Program-made: the position numbers and the translations under genes
DNA from: a virus
DNA length: 64,000 nucleotides
Virus record (IMG/VR): IMGVR_UViG_3300034073_002585
Span: 1 to 64,000 of that record
Strand: one strand, 5' to 3'
Notes under the pieces: generated by a model
Databases searched by the model: none
Told to the model about the DNA's origin: nothing
Seen by the model: only the letters and a program-made list of their open reading frames with translations
Part shown: in pieces, positions 51,951-61,222 of the stretch
Layout of the letters: each line of letters opens with the position of its first letter
How positions within the stretch are numbered: position 1 is the stretch's first letter

Positions 51951-53317
51951 ATGAGTATCTATGATGATGTTTCTACCTGGTACAAACAGCACTTATTGGA
52001 GACCCAAGGTGGTGAAGTATCAGGCAAATGGTCTGCTGAACTATTTATAGCAAAGACAAGTGTCCTTGCGTTTATAGACGTTCAACTTGCTGGAGATATT
52101 AAAAATATCTATACAGCAGATTCACACTTGAAGCAGAGATATAACAAACTTCAAGAAGTTGTCTTTCGTCTTGAGCAAGAAGCACAAGATTGTTGGCACA
52201 AACAAGGTTTACCAAGTTTGGAAGAGGTAAACCCTGAAGCTGAGAGAAAGTACAGAGAATTGGATTTCATAAAAAGTGAAAGAAGTAAATTTACTGAAGC
52301 CGTGATGGGCTGGTATCAGAATTCCGATGGTGATTTATTTCACTATGACGGAGTCATTTGGGACAAAATCCCAAAAGAAGCAATTCAAGAGCTAGAGTTC
52401 TTGGGATAGGAAAGGCAATAGATGATTAAAGCAAATGCAGGAAAGCTACGTGGAGTTCGCATTATGCGTGACCCAGCTGGAGTTCTGATTGACCCATTTA
52501 TCGATGACACTGGTATCCAGTATGGATATGTGATTGTTTATGGTGAAGAGCAGCCAGCGGTTTTTGATGGAACCGAGTGGCGTTCAATTATGGATGAAGA
52601 GGATTCGACTTGGGAAGACACCCTTGGCGACAGACTTCACACTCAGGCTCAGAAGATTATGGAGCTATCCACTACTGACCCAGTGTACGCTGAGCTAGCA
52701 AAGATTATGAATATCACTGTTAGTGTTGGTGCACCTGTTGCAGAAACAGTTATTGATTACGGAGCTAAGTCCTAATAATGTCGATTATCGATTCCTTTGA
52801 TTTCTCTGAAGAAGAGATTCAAATAGTTAACGAAGCGGTAAGTGAGCCGCCTCGTAGGAACGATAAGCGTATCTGTATCTGTGGGCATCCAATGTCTAGA
52901 CATGCTCTAGACTCTGGTAAGTGTAGACCTGCTCGCTTTGACTGTGACTGCGTAAGAAAACATCCAGTGTTAGAAGTACCAAACACTAAGTATTTCTTGA
53001 GCAGAAGTGTAGGTTCAGGCGAAAAGCATGCACTATCTCGTGGAATTGTCATGGCCCAGAATGGGATGGGTGATAATTTCAACGAAAGAGCTAAGTGGTT
53101 AGTTGACATGGTTTGTGAAAACCCAGAGTGCAAAAAGCCAACAAAGCTCTACCCCGTTCGGGTAAACCGACACGCTTACCGAATTTACGACCACGACAAG
53201 GATGAAGGCGTTACAATGTTCTTCTGCGAATCGTGTCGTGAAGTCTACTGGGACAGCGATGAAGCTAGGGAAAAAACAACCAAGCTTATTCGTAGCGTCT
53301 CACCACCAAGTAACTAG
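51951..53317 (+). other. Three hypothetical genes (51951-52409, 52422-52775, 52778-53317; the last is Cys-rich)
   Basis: Contiguous ORFs; CICGH...C..C motifs in the third. Confidence 0.7.
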
Positions 53318-53365
53318 CACATGCTAGTATTCAATAACCAAAACTAACGTTAGGAAAAATAAGTT

Positions 53366-53734
53366 ATGGCAAACATCTCAGCATGGGAGAAGTTCCGCAA
53401 GTCGGTAACTGGCTCCTACAGCGACAAGCTGAATCTGCAGATTGCTCAGGAGAAGGCAGCTGCAAAGGCTGCAACCATTGCGGCAGAACGAGCTAAGGCA
53501 GAAGCTGCTGCAAAGGCAAAGGCTCAAGCAGAAGCAGAAGCTGCTGCAAAGACCCCATCTCAGCCAAAGAAGCCAGCTGCAAAGAAGCTTCCAAAGGATG
53601 CCGATGGCGATGGAAAGATTTTTGATGGCACTGCTAAGGAGCAACCTGCTCCAAAGAAGCCAGCCGCAAAAAAGCCTGCTGCTCCAAAAACTCCAGCAAC
53701 TCCTACTAAGAAGGCAACACCTAAGAAGAAGTAG
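53366..53734 (+). CDS. Lys/Ala/Pro-rich histone-H1-like protein
   Basis: PAAKK repeats; DADGDG loop. Confidence 0.75.
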   Translation: MANISAWEKFRKSVTGSYSDKLNLQIAQEKAAAKAATIAAERAKAEAAAKAKAQAEAEAAAKTPSQPKKPAAKKLPKDADGDGKIFDGTAKEQPAPKKPAAKKPAAPKTPATPTKKATPKKK

Positions 53735-53747
53735 TGATAGAATAAAA

Positions 53748-53904
53748 CTCCCACTGGGAGGAGCGAGCGGGAAGCTCGGGAAGAACTCCTCCTGGTGGGG
53801 ACCTAAAACTTAATAGTTTTTACTACGGGAGAGGTAGTAGAAAATAACCCAAGCTAGGGTTAGAAAAGCCGTCTCAGCATGTTATAGTGTTGAGGCGGTT
53901 TTTT
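53748..53904 (+). ncRNA. Candidate multi-hairpin ncRNA ending in a terminator
   Basis: TAGAAT -10 at 53738; 14-bp stem with inner hairpin, three further hairpins, terminator 53864-53904. Confidence 0.5.
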
Positions 53905-53918
53905 GTTTGGAGGTGTTC

Positions 53919-54170
53919 ATGAAAGATGACTTAGTTAAGATTCAGCTCATTGCTGAAGAACTAGGGGTGACAGTCAAAACAATCTACAACTGGATATCTG
54001 TAAACAAACTATTCATGCCAAGACCAGGGTACGTTAGTCGAATCGATGCCTACGAAGTTTGGCTACAACAGCAGTCCTTAAAGAGCATCCGTTCATACTT
54101 CATGTCGGTTCAAGGTACTATTCGTGACCCTAATGGACGATTCAAATCGAAGAGGTCTAACGGGGAGTGA
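53919..54170 (+). CDS. HTH DNA-binding protein
   Basis: IAEELGVTVKTIYNWI; GGAGG SD. Confidence 0.75.
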   Translation: MKDDLVKIQLIAEELGVTVKTIYNWISVNKLFMPRPGYVSRIDAYEVWLQQQSLKSIRSYFMSVQGTIRDPNGRFKSKRSNGE

Positions 54171-54290
54171 AGTGGAGCAAAGTGGTTTCGTTGTTAATAA
54201 ACAGAGAAAACCCCCTCGCCCTCCCTCTCCTCGCGCAAAAAAACTTTTCAAAACAAATCAACAACTTTTCACTAACGTACAATAGTTGCT

Positions 54291-54893
54291 ATGTTTAAGA
54301 CTGATGACAGCGCAATTAAGCTTGCTGGAGAAATTTACCTATTTAAGAACTTTGCATCGCCCGAAGAATGTTCATCAATAGTCGCGTCGCTCGAAACATT
54401 CTCCCCAAACGGCTGGTCAAACGAAACAAACTACGACGAAACCTCAGAAGTTATCCCCCACCTTCAGGTAGTTAAGGGCGCTGACGTATTCGAACTGAAC
54501 AGGCGTCTATCAAATCTTGTTGCCCCAGACTTTGAACCACTACCCAATAGTTCCCTCAACCGACTATTAACTGGACAATCGCTGCAAGAACACTGGGACT
54601 CTCCTGGAGAGGACGCAGTTCTTCCTGACGATATCTCAGACCCATACCACACCTGCCACATAGTTAAGTACGGCGCAGTTGTTTATCTATCTGAATTTGA
54701 GGGCGGCGAGATTTACTACAGCGAACAAGGAATTGAATATAAACCAGAAGTTGGTGACCTGGTAATTCACTCCTCATTCCCAGACTATAAGCACGGTGTT
54801 CGTGAAGTCACTAGTGGCGTCCGCTATGTTTACTCAACCTTCCTAATTGATAAAGGGCGCGTAGAACTGCCGTCCCTAGCCAAGGAAGGCTAA
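54291..54893 (+). CDS. 2OG-Fe(II) oxygenase, prolyl-4-hydroxylase-like
   Basis: HWD, YGAVVYL.EFEGGEIYY, HGVREVTSGVRY. Confidence 0.9.
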   Translation: MFKTDDSAIKLAGEIYLFKNFASPEECSSIVASLETFSPNGWSNETNYDETSEVIPHLQVVKGADVFELNRRLSNLVAPDFEPLPNSSLNRLLTGQSLQEHWDSPGEDAVLPDDISDPYHTCHIVKYGAVVYLSEFEGGEIYYSEQGIEYKPEVGDLVIHSSFPDYKHGVREVTSGVRYVYSTFLIDKGRVELPSLAKEG

Positions 54894-54926
54894 TCAACCG
54901 ATGAAACTTACCCTACAATTGATGGA

Positions 54927-54974
54927 GAAGGCGGCCCGTTTACAGTCCTCTCCCCAGTTAAGCGGGTCGTCTTC
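54927..54974 (+). ncRNA. 16-bp hairpin with a CU-rich loop downstream of a TACAAT -10
   Basis: GAAGGCGGCCCGTTTA/TAAGCGGGTCGTCTTC; loop CAGTCCTCTCCCCAGT. Confidence 0.45.
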
Positions 54975-55028
54975 CCTATTGACGGCCGTTCGCTCTAAGA
55001 GAAATCACTTGACAGAAAACGGTTACAT

Positions 55029-55949
55029 ATGCTAGAATCTAAAAACGGCGAGCTACAACAAGTAGACCTCGATACTTTAGTTATCGACACCCCAGTAACG
55101 GCCCGCGCTGACTTATCCGAGCTCGGTATTGAAGAGCTCGACCGTGGTGTTTGTGAAGACACGTTCGAGAACCGCGCAATCCTTAGACGGTCTAAGCTCA
55201 TCTGGGAAGCTGTCTATACTCAAGACGGACAGATAAGCGGCCTGTTGAAGGTAAGGTCCGCTGATTCAGTCCGCGAGCGCCGAATCCAATCGTTGTCTGA
55301 GAAGAGACCGATACTGGTTACCCCATCAGACAATAACTCTGACTACCTAACGGGTCTTGACCTACTAGCTGAAGAAGCTTCCGACTACCTGGTTCCACCT
55401 TGGGTTGTACATGCCACACGGTTGTACTTGAAGGAACAAGAAGAAGGACACAACAACCCAAAGAGACAGCCGCTCGCTCAACCGCATCGCTGCAGATATG
55501 TGAAGCATGATGGAATCCGATGCATGCTTTGGGGTTCGGGGCGTCCAAAGGATGACGGCCTGTGCCGAGTACACTTAAGAAGTTCGAAGCACAAGACTTC
55601 CGACGACATCGAACGAGCTCGTGAAAAGTTGATGCAAGCTGCACCGTTTGCTGTTGACAAGTTGGAAGAGTTGATGGAATTTGCAGAGAGTGAGCCTGTA
55701 AAGTTAAAAGCAGCAACCGAGATTCTTGACCGCGCTGGAGTTCGAGGCGGCGTGGAGATTGACACCACGGTTAATGTTGACGTGCGGCCTGCTGCACAAA
55801 TCATTGCTGAACGGCTCGAGCGTCTAACATTAGGCGCTGCCACTGCAGCCAGACTTTTAACTAACGACGGCGTGGATGTAGTTGATGCTGAAGTTGTTGA
55901 AGAAACCGAGGAACGGCCCGCGGTACCTACAAACCAGGAAGAGAAGTAA
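55029..55949 (+). CDS. Terminase small subunit-like protein with CCCH zinc finger
   Basis: RC...C...LCRVH; SEPVKLKAATEILDRAG motif seen in actinophage TerS-like proteins. Confidence 0.45.
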   Translation: MLESKNGELQQVDLDTLVIDTPVTARADLSELGIEELDRGVCEDTFENRAILRRSKLIWEAVYTQDGQISGLLKVRSADSVRERRIQSLSEKRPILVTPSDNNSDYLTGLDLLAEEASDYLVPPWVVHATRLYLKEQEEGHNNPKRQPLAQPHRCRYVKHDGIRCMLWGSGRPKDDGLCRVHLRSSKHKTSDDIERAREKLMQAAPFAVDKLEELMEFAESEPVKLKAATEILDRAGVRGGVEIDTTVNVDVRPAAQIIAERLERLTLGAATAARLLTNDGVDVVDAEVVEETEERPAVPTNQEEK

Positions 55950-55952
55950 CGG

Positions 55953-56240
55953 ATGTCAAACGGGAGAGATTTCATCGCAATCATTGAAGCGGCCCGCGCT
56001 CACTACATAAACCTGACCGCTGACATCAGCAATGCTAAGGACCGCGTCGAGCACATTCGACTAACCGCTCTTGCTCAAGAAGCACATAACCTCCTGGGTG
56101 ATTTGCTAGCATTCGAAACGGGTCTCGTTTACACACACAGTGCAGGAAGAGTTCATGAGCAGATGGCTGAACGGGCGTCTACTGAAACGCCTCTAGACAT
56201 CCCAGACTTTAAATCTCCATATGACCCGAGGAACCTGTAG
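55953..56240 (+). CDS. Hypothetical protein
   Basis: Coupled ORF. Confidence 0.65.
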   Translation: MSNGRDFIAIIEAARAHYINLTADISNAKDRVEHIRLTALAQEAHNLLGDLLAFETGLVYTHSAGRVHEQMAERASTETPLDIPDFKSPYDPRNL

Positions 56241-56249
56241 ACTAGTTTC

Positions 56250-57104
56250 ATGAAACTCAGAAAAACTCAGGACCCAGCAGCTGCGGCAGAACTTTTCATT
56301 AAAACTGCACAGCAGTACTTGGGCTACACTGTTGACCTGGGCGGCCGAAACATCTTTGGCCAGAAGGTTGGTTACGACGCAGAGCCATGGGCTGGAGCAT
56401 TTGTTGATGTCTGCGCCAGGGAGGCAGGCCTCCAGCTGCCAAGTTTTACGTATACTGGAGCGGCGCTCGCAGAATTCATTCGCAGCGGAAACTTTTCACG
56501 AGAAGCACAGCCTGGCAGCATTGCTGTGTTCAACTTTTCATCAAATGTTGGACATGCGGCGGACTCTTTCTCAATGCCACACTGTGGGATTGTTGTTGAT
56601 GTCCGCGAGTTCCAGGACACTGGGAGATTCATTACTGTTGAAGGCAACACTGAAGGTAGCGGCGTTTATCAAAAGAAAGACGGCGTGCACCAGAAAGTGC
56701 GCAGCATCAACGATGTAATTATTTTTTGTTTACCGTACGCAGCGGGCGGCCAAACTTTTAACGAAAGATTAATTAAGCTCCTGGACCGCGGCCGCACAAA
56801 GTTTGACGGCTCGGATATCGAAGTCATCAACGAAGCGGCGAGCGCCGTTCAATCGCTGAAGCTTGATAAAGAGATAAAGCACGGTGACCGTAACAAGAAG
56901 ATAGAAATCATCCAGCTAGCGCTAGCAACAGTGACGGACCTGCGCGGAGCTGAACCAGGTAAGTGGGACGCAATAACAGCAGCGGCCTGCTCAAGGTATC
57001 AACGGATGATAGGATATGTAGGTAAAGACGCGAGCGGCCTGCCAGACGTAAACACGCTGAGACGGTTAGCTCGCGAGACAGGACTGTTCAGACTCGATGC
57101 TTGA
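56250..57104 (+). CDS. CHAP-like domain (catalytic Cys apparently replaced) plus PG-binding domain
   Basis: PWAGAFV, HCGIVV, TVEGNT; C-terminal PG-binding-like helices. Confidence 0.75.
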   Translation: MKLRKTQDPAAAAELFIKTAQQYLGYTVDLGGRNIFGQKVGYDAEPWAGAFVDVCAREAGLQLPSFTYTGAALAEFIRSGNFSREAQPGSIAVFNFSSNVGHAADSFSMPHCGIVVDVREFQDTGRFITVEGNTEGSGVYQKKDGVHQKVRSINDVIIFCLPYAAGGQTFNERLIKLLDRGRTKFDGSDIEVINEAASAVQSLKLDKEIKHGDRNKKIEIIQLALATVTDLRGAEPGKWDAITAAACSRYQRMIGYVGKDASGLPDVNTLRRLARETGLFRLDA

Positions 57105-57648
57105 CGACATAACGGGTACCAGGGAAGCTCATCACTACCCAGAGCATGGGAGTAATGTCATCATGACGGTGTACACCAAGTGCCCCACCAAGTGGTTGCT
57201 CGTCGACCGAGAGACTGGACAGGTCTACCAGGGGTCTCCTCATGGTGATTGGGACAAACTTATCCCGCGGGTTGATGAGACTAAAAAGAAGGATTTCAAT
57301 GCTTAAAGAATTTAATCTTGCTGACTACAAGTACGAAGAGAACGACATGCCATGGGAGGTGTGGAAGTCTTCCTTCTTGCCAACTAAGAACATCTTTAAA
57401 CCAGGCGGACCTCTAGATGGGTTCTTGTTCATTCATGAAGGCATTGACTGGAACTACGTTGTTGGCCAGTATGTTCAAAAGTTATGGACCCTCATCGAAG
57501 AAGATGGAAAGTTTTATCTGACTAATGGTCTCTACGTAAAGGGCCGAGTTGGCTACGTAGTGTGCGAAAGAATGCACAACCCTCGAGAAATCTTTAAAGT
57601 GCGGATACCAGAATCTTTCATTGAAAGTCTGCCGCCAAGGGAGCACTA

Positions 57649-58008
57649 ATGTCTGATGACCAGACCACTGCTGAACAGTTCGCGCAGCGACTGGAGACAG
57701 CAAAAGAAGTAAATCAAACTTTAGCTCAATGTTTAAAAGATGGCCTGGCGGCGGACAATGAACTAGTTCAGCAAACCATCGGCAAGCACTACGAGTGGAT
57801 GAAAGAAATCACAATCCACGGCGGGCCCACCATCTACCGTCTTCTTGCTAAGCACATGCGCAATGACGAGAGATACGCCAGGATTTACGACGAGTACTAT
57901 GCTGAAGGCCTGACCGAGTTCATGGCTGCAGCAATTGATGTCTTTGCTGAAACTCTTACGGAAGATGACAGCAGCGGCGTGCACACTTCTGACCATCAGA
58001 ACATATAA
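57649..58008 (+). CDS. Stand-alone TipAS-domain protein
   Basis: VQQ.I.KHY.W...Y..LA.....DERY...YD...GL.EFM..AI. Confidence 0.75.
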   Translation: MSDDQTTAEQFAQRLETAKEVNQTLAQCLKDGLAADNELVQQTIGKHYEWMKEITIHGGPTIYRLLAKHMRNDERYARIYDEYYAEGLTEFMAAAIDVFAETLTEDDSSGVHTSDHQNI

Positions 58009-58057
58009 CCGCGAGCGCCGATTTGCATCATCGGCCTGCCCTAGGTACACTAACGGC

Positions 58058-58477
58058 ATGCGCCTTGTTACCGCCCCTGAAGCAGCACGCGAGCTGTACA
58101 TCTCGATAGGCCTGCTCCACTACTGGATTCGAACGGGTCGACTCCAGAAGCACCCATACCCGCTAGCTGCGTCTACAGCAAAGGTCCGCAAGAAGACGGT
58201 GTCTCATCGACGCTTCATGGTTGATATAGACCAGGTCCGCAAACTCAGGCGGGCAGATGCTGAAGACCAGGTAAAACTTTTAAACAGTGATAAAAGATTG
58301 CTGCGGCCGCAAGAAGTCGCGAAGATTCTTGGCGTCACAGTTCAGAGGGTCTACCAGTGGGTGGCCCGCTATGAGCTAACCAAGTACAAAACAGGTTCTG
58401 ATACTTGCTACCTCGTTGATGGTGATGAGCTAGCTGACGCCCTTGAAGCAAATGGACTTGGTTATTTGGTGAAGTAG
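58058..58477 (+). CDS. Tandem MerR/excisionase-like HTH protein
   Basis: EAARELY...WIRTG; LLRPQEVAKILGVTVQRVYQWV. Confidence 0.75.
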   Translation: MRLVTAPEAARELYISIGLLHYWIRTGRLQKHPYPLAASTAKVRKKTVSHRRFMVDIDQVRKLRRADAEDQVKLLNSDKRLLRPQEVAKILGVTVQRVYQWVARYELTKYKTGSDTCYLVDGDELADALEANGLGYLVK

Positions 58478-59392
58478 TGCTATAGTTAACTTCATGAAGG
58501 AATTCAGATACAGACTGCTGCCCGAGGCAGCGCTCCAGGCCTACACTGAAAATGGAATGCCAATAACTTTTGATGAAAAGTTATTAAACGGCGAGCTCAT
58601 TATCCAAGCTGAAGACCAGGAAACTGCCGATAAGTTTCGGATGACTTGTACCGACATACGGATGTGGGTTACCTCAGATGAGTAGCTGCGGGTGCCAGGA
58701 CTATAGGTTCTTTAAATGTTTAGACTGTGCGGCGTGTACTCTGTGTATCGGCGAGTACTACATGGTGCACGACTCAGTCTGGGACCAGGTCGCTGACCGA
58801 GGTATGCTGTGTATCGGATGCCTAGAGGAACGGCTCGGGAAGCAGCTGAACGGTAGTGACTTTACGCTGTGCCCTTTAAATATAGGCAACATCTTTAACG
58901 GCTCGGCCAGACTCCAGGCCCGCATTGACATTCCACGAGAGTACCTAGTAGGGTAACTCTAATCGCATAACGGCGTGCGCTGTATCCTAGTAAGCATGCG
59001 CTCACTGGAAGTACACGTATTCGAAACCGACACGGACCTAGATAACGCATTGCGTGCTGGAATCGTGTTACCTGAACAAATAGCAAGAACCGCATGCGTT
59101 GAATGCGGCCAACCCATCTGCTTCTCGAGCACTCCGACCTTCTGTCCATTCGTACTCATCATTGACGAGAACGACCAAGACTGGACCTTGTGCGAAGACT
59201 GCGCTAGCCCAATCATTGACTACGTAGACGCCTTCTTTCCACCTGTAGTGAAAAGTCACTTCGAACCTCTCGACACTGACGAATACGATTTCTTTTAGTT
59301 GTATTTATTTTTTGTTCGACACGCCTAAAAAGATTTCATAATGTCTGCCTACCCTGCTATTGTTTAGGTAACAACCAAAGGGAGGTGACAAA

Positions 59393-59674
59393 TTGACAAA
59401 GCGAATCTACTGGGCAGACATCATTGAGTGCGAGGACCAGCTATTCGAGAGCCTTGACGCTCTTATCGCAGTAGCAACTGAAACACCAGAGTGTTTCTAT
59501 TCTTACTGGGACCACAACAACGAAATTGTTAGCGTTGGAGTAAACGACAACATGGAGTTGGAAATCACCTATTCATCTATCGAAGACGAAGATGAGGAAG
59601 GCAACGACATTCGAGTAGACACAACTGACACCTTCAGGTACAAACACTCTAAAGAACTAGCAGTTCTGGTTTAG
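59393..59674 (+). CDS. Acidic hypothetical protein
   Basis: GGGAGG SD, TTG start. Confidence 0.7.
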   Translation: MTKRIYWADIIECEDQLFESLDALIAVATETPECFYSYWDHNNEIVSVGVNDNMELEITYSSIEDEDEEGNDIRVDTTDTFRYKHSKELAVLV

Positions 59675-59681
59675 TTCTCCC

Positions 59682-60412
59682 GACCTGAGCAAGTCTATAA
59701 ACTGCTCACTTTTTCTATTCAGACTCTGTATTTATTTTTTGTCCAACACGCCGATAAAAAGTTTGACGATAAGACAGAATCTGGTAAAGTTTGATTACCA
59801 CAAAGAAAGGGGTTACCCAAATGGGTATGGATGTTTATGGGAAGAACCCAGCCAGCGAGGTTGGACACTACTTCCGCCGTAATGTATGGGGATGGCATCC
59901 TCTATGGGAGTTCGTAGAGAATGTTCACCCAGAGATTGCCGAGTTGGTAGAACACGCACACTCAAACGATGGGGATGGGCTTGATGCCGAGAACTCATCT
60001 GCTCTCGCAAAACTTCTAATGGAAGATTACGAGTCTGGCAAAGTTTCCGAGTATGTAGTGGAACGCAACAAGGCTATCTCCGAAATGGAAATGCCTACTT
60101 GTCACATTTGCGAGGGAACAGGTATTCGTTCCGACCAACTCGGAATCGAGAATGGGCAAACAGAAAAAGAGTTGCCTGCCGACATAGCCATAATTGTTGG
60201 TCGCACCAAGGGTTGGTGTAATGGCTGTAATGGCGTTGGCAAGACTGAGCCTTGGGAAGCAAGTTACTACCTTGAGCCTGAAGATGTAAAAGAGTTTGCC
60301 GAGTTCTTAGCAGAGTGCGGTGGCTTTGAGATTTGCTAACCCTAGCAACAGCCTGAGTATGCTGTAAAAACTTACTACCTCACCTGAGCCAAGTGAAGGA
60401 TAAACTGGCTCA
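59682..60412 (+). ncRNA. Three copies of a small H-type pseudoknot motif in 3' UTRs
   Basis: 59682-59708, 60348-60376, 60380-60412; covarying stems. Confidence 0.6.
59821..60339 (+). CDS. Hypothetical protein with DnaJ-type CxxCxGxG motifs
   Basis: CHICEGTG, CNGCNGVG; AGAAAGGGG SD. Confidence 0.8.
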   Translation: MGMDVYGKNPASEVGHYFRRNVWGWHPLWEFVENVHPEIAELVEHAHSNDGDGLDAENSSALAKLLMEDYESGKVSEYVVERNKAISEMEMPTCHICEGTGIRSDQLGIENGQTEKELPADIAIIVGRTKGWCNGCNGVGKTEPWEASYYLEPEDVKEFAEFLAECGGFEIC

Positions 60413-60571
60413 TTTTTTACTTCAATAGTTGTATTTATTTTTTGTTTAGTTAGAGCAGGGCGTTACCAATTTGTTATCAAACTTTTTACGAAACAATTTG
60501 ACATGATGTAAAAACTCTGATTTACTTTCCTTGTAGCAAACGCTACGACACAACACGAAAGGGGTAGCCAA

Positions 60572-61183
60572 ATGGCAACCACAGCAACACCAAAGATTGT
60601 AGGCAAGGCACTTTACCTTGAACTAATCGCAGACCCAAGCCTAGATTCAGAAAAGGCTCGTTCAATTCTTGGTTGGTATGGCGACAAGGCAACCAAGCAG
60701 ATTATCGTATTTCCGCAGTATCAGGACGACACAGGTAAAGTCTTTGAGGCGGTAGTTATGAGCAGGACGATTTCCGAATACTCGCCGAGGGCACAATGGG
60801 ACAGCACTTACTTGGACAGAGCCCTAGCCAAAGCAAAAGACCTAGAATCCACGAATCACATGGGATACACAGACTACCCAAACTATTCAAGAACAGAGTG
60901 GGATTCTGTAACAGAGCGAGAGAAGTATGAGGCACGCAAGCGTTCCCTTGAACTAATCCTACGCCGAGAGTTGCTTGGCACAACTTACGAGGGTGAGGGT
61001 GACGAGCGTAAGTCTGTCGCTAAGCAGGGTTGGGTAGTTCGTGACGACAAGCCATTCTCGGTAGAAGTTACTGACCAAGACCTACTTGAACTTCACAGGG
61101 ATTGGAAAACACCACAGGCGGTTATTCGCCGAATCAACAAAGTTCGTGATTCACTTGACAAGTTTCCTAAGAAACTAGCATAA
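60572..61183 (+). CDS. Hypothetical protein
   Basis: GAAAGGGG SD, TTGACA promoter upstream. Confidence 0.75.
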   Translation: MATTATPKIVGKALYLELIADPSLDSEKARSILGWYGDKATKQIIVFPQYQDDTGKVFEAVVMSRTISEYSPRAQWDSTYLDRALAKAKDLESTNHMGYTDYPNYSRTEWDSVTEREKYEARKRSLELILRRELLGTTYEGEGDERKSVAKQGWVVRDDKPFSVEVTDQDLLELHRDWKTPQAVIRRINKVRDSLDKFPKKLA

Positions 61184-61222
61184 TTCAAGTAGATACTGAC
61201 ACAACAGGAAAAGAGGGACACC

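Larger units (their letters stand above)
59300..60445 (+). repeat. Three copies of TGTATTTATTTTTTGT upstream of early-type promoters
   Basis: 59300-59315, 59727-59742, 60430-60445. Confidence 0.85.

Noticed and set aside
51804-51992. 62-aa minus-strand ORF in the AT-rich gap
   Set aside because: Low-complexity composition, overlaps the repeats and the next gene; likely spurious
59682-60412. Hammerhead ribozyme
   Set aside because: CTGA and AAAC resemble the core, but CUGANGA/GAAA and the three-stem junction are absent
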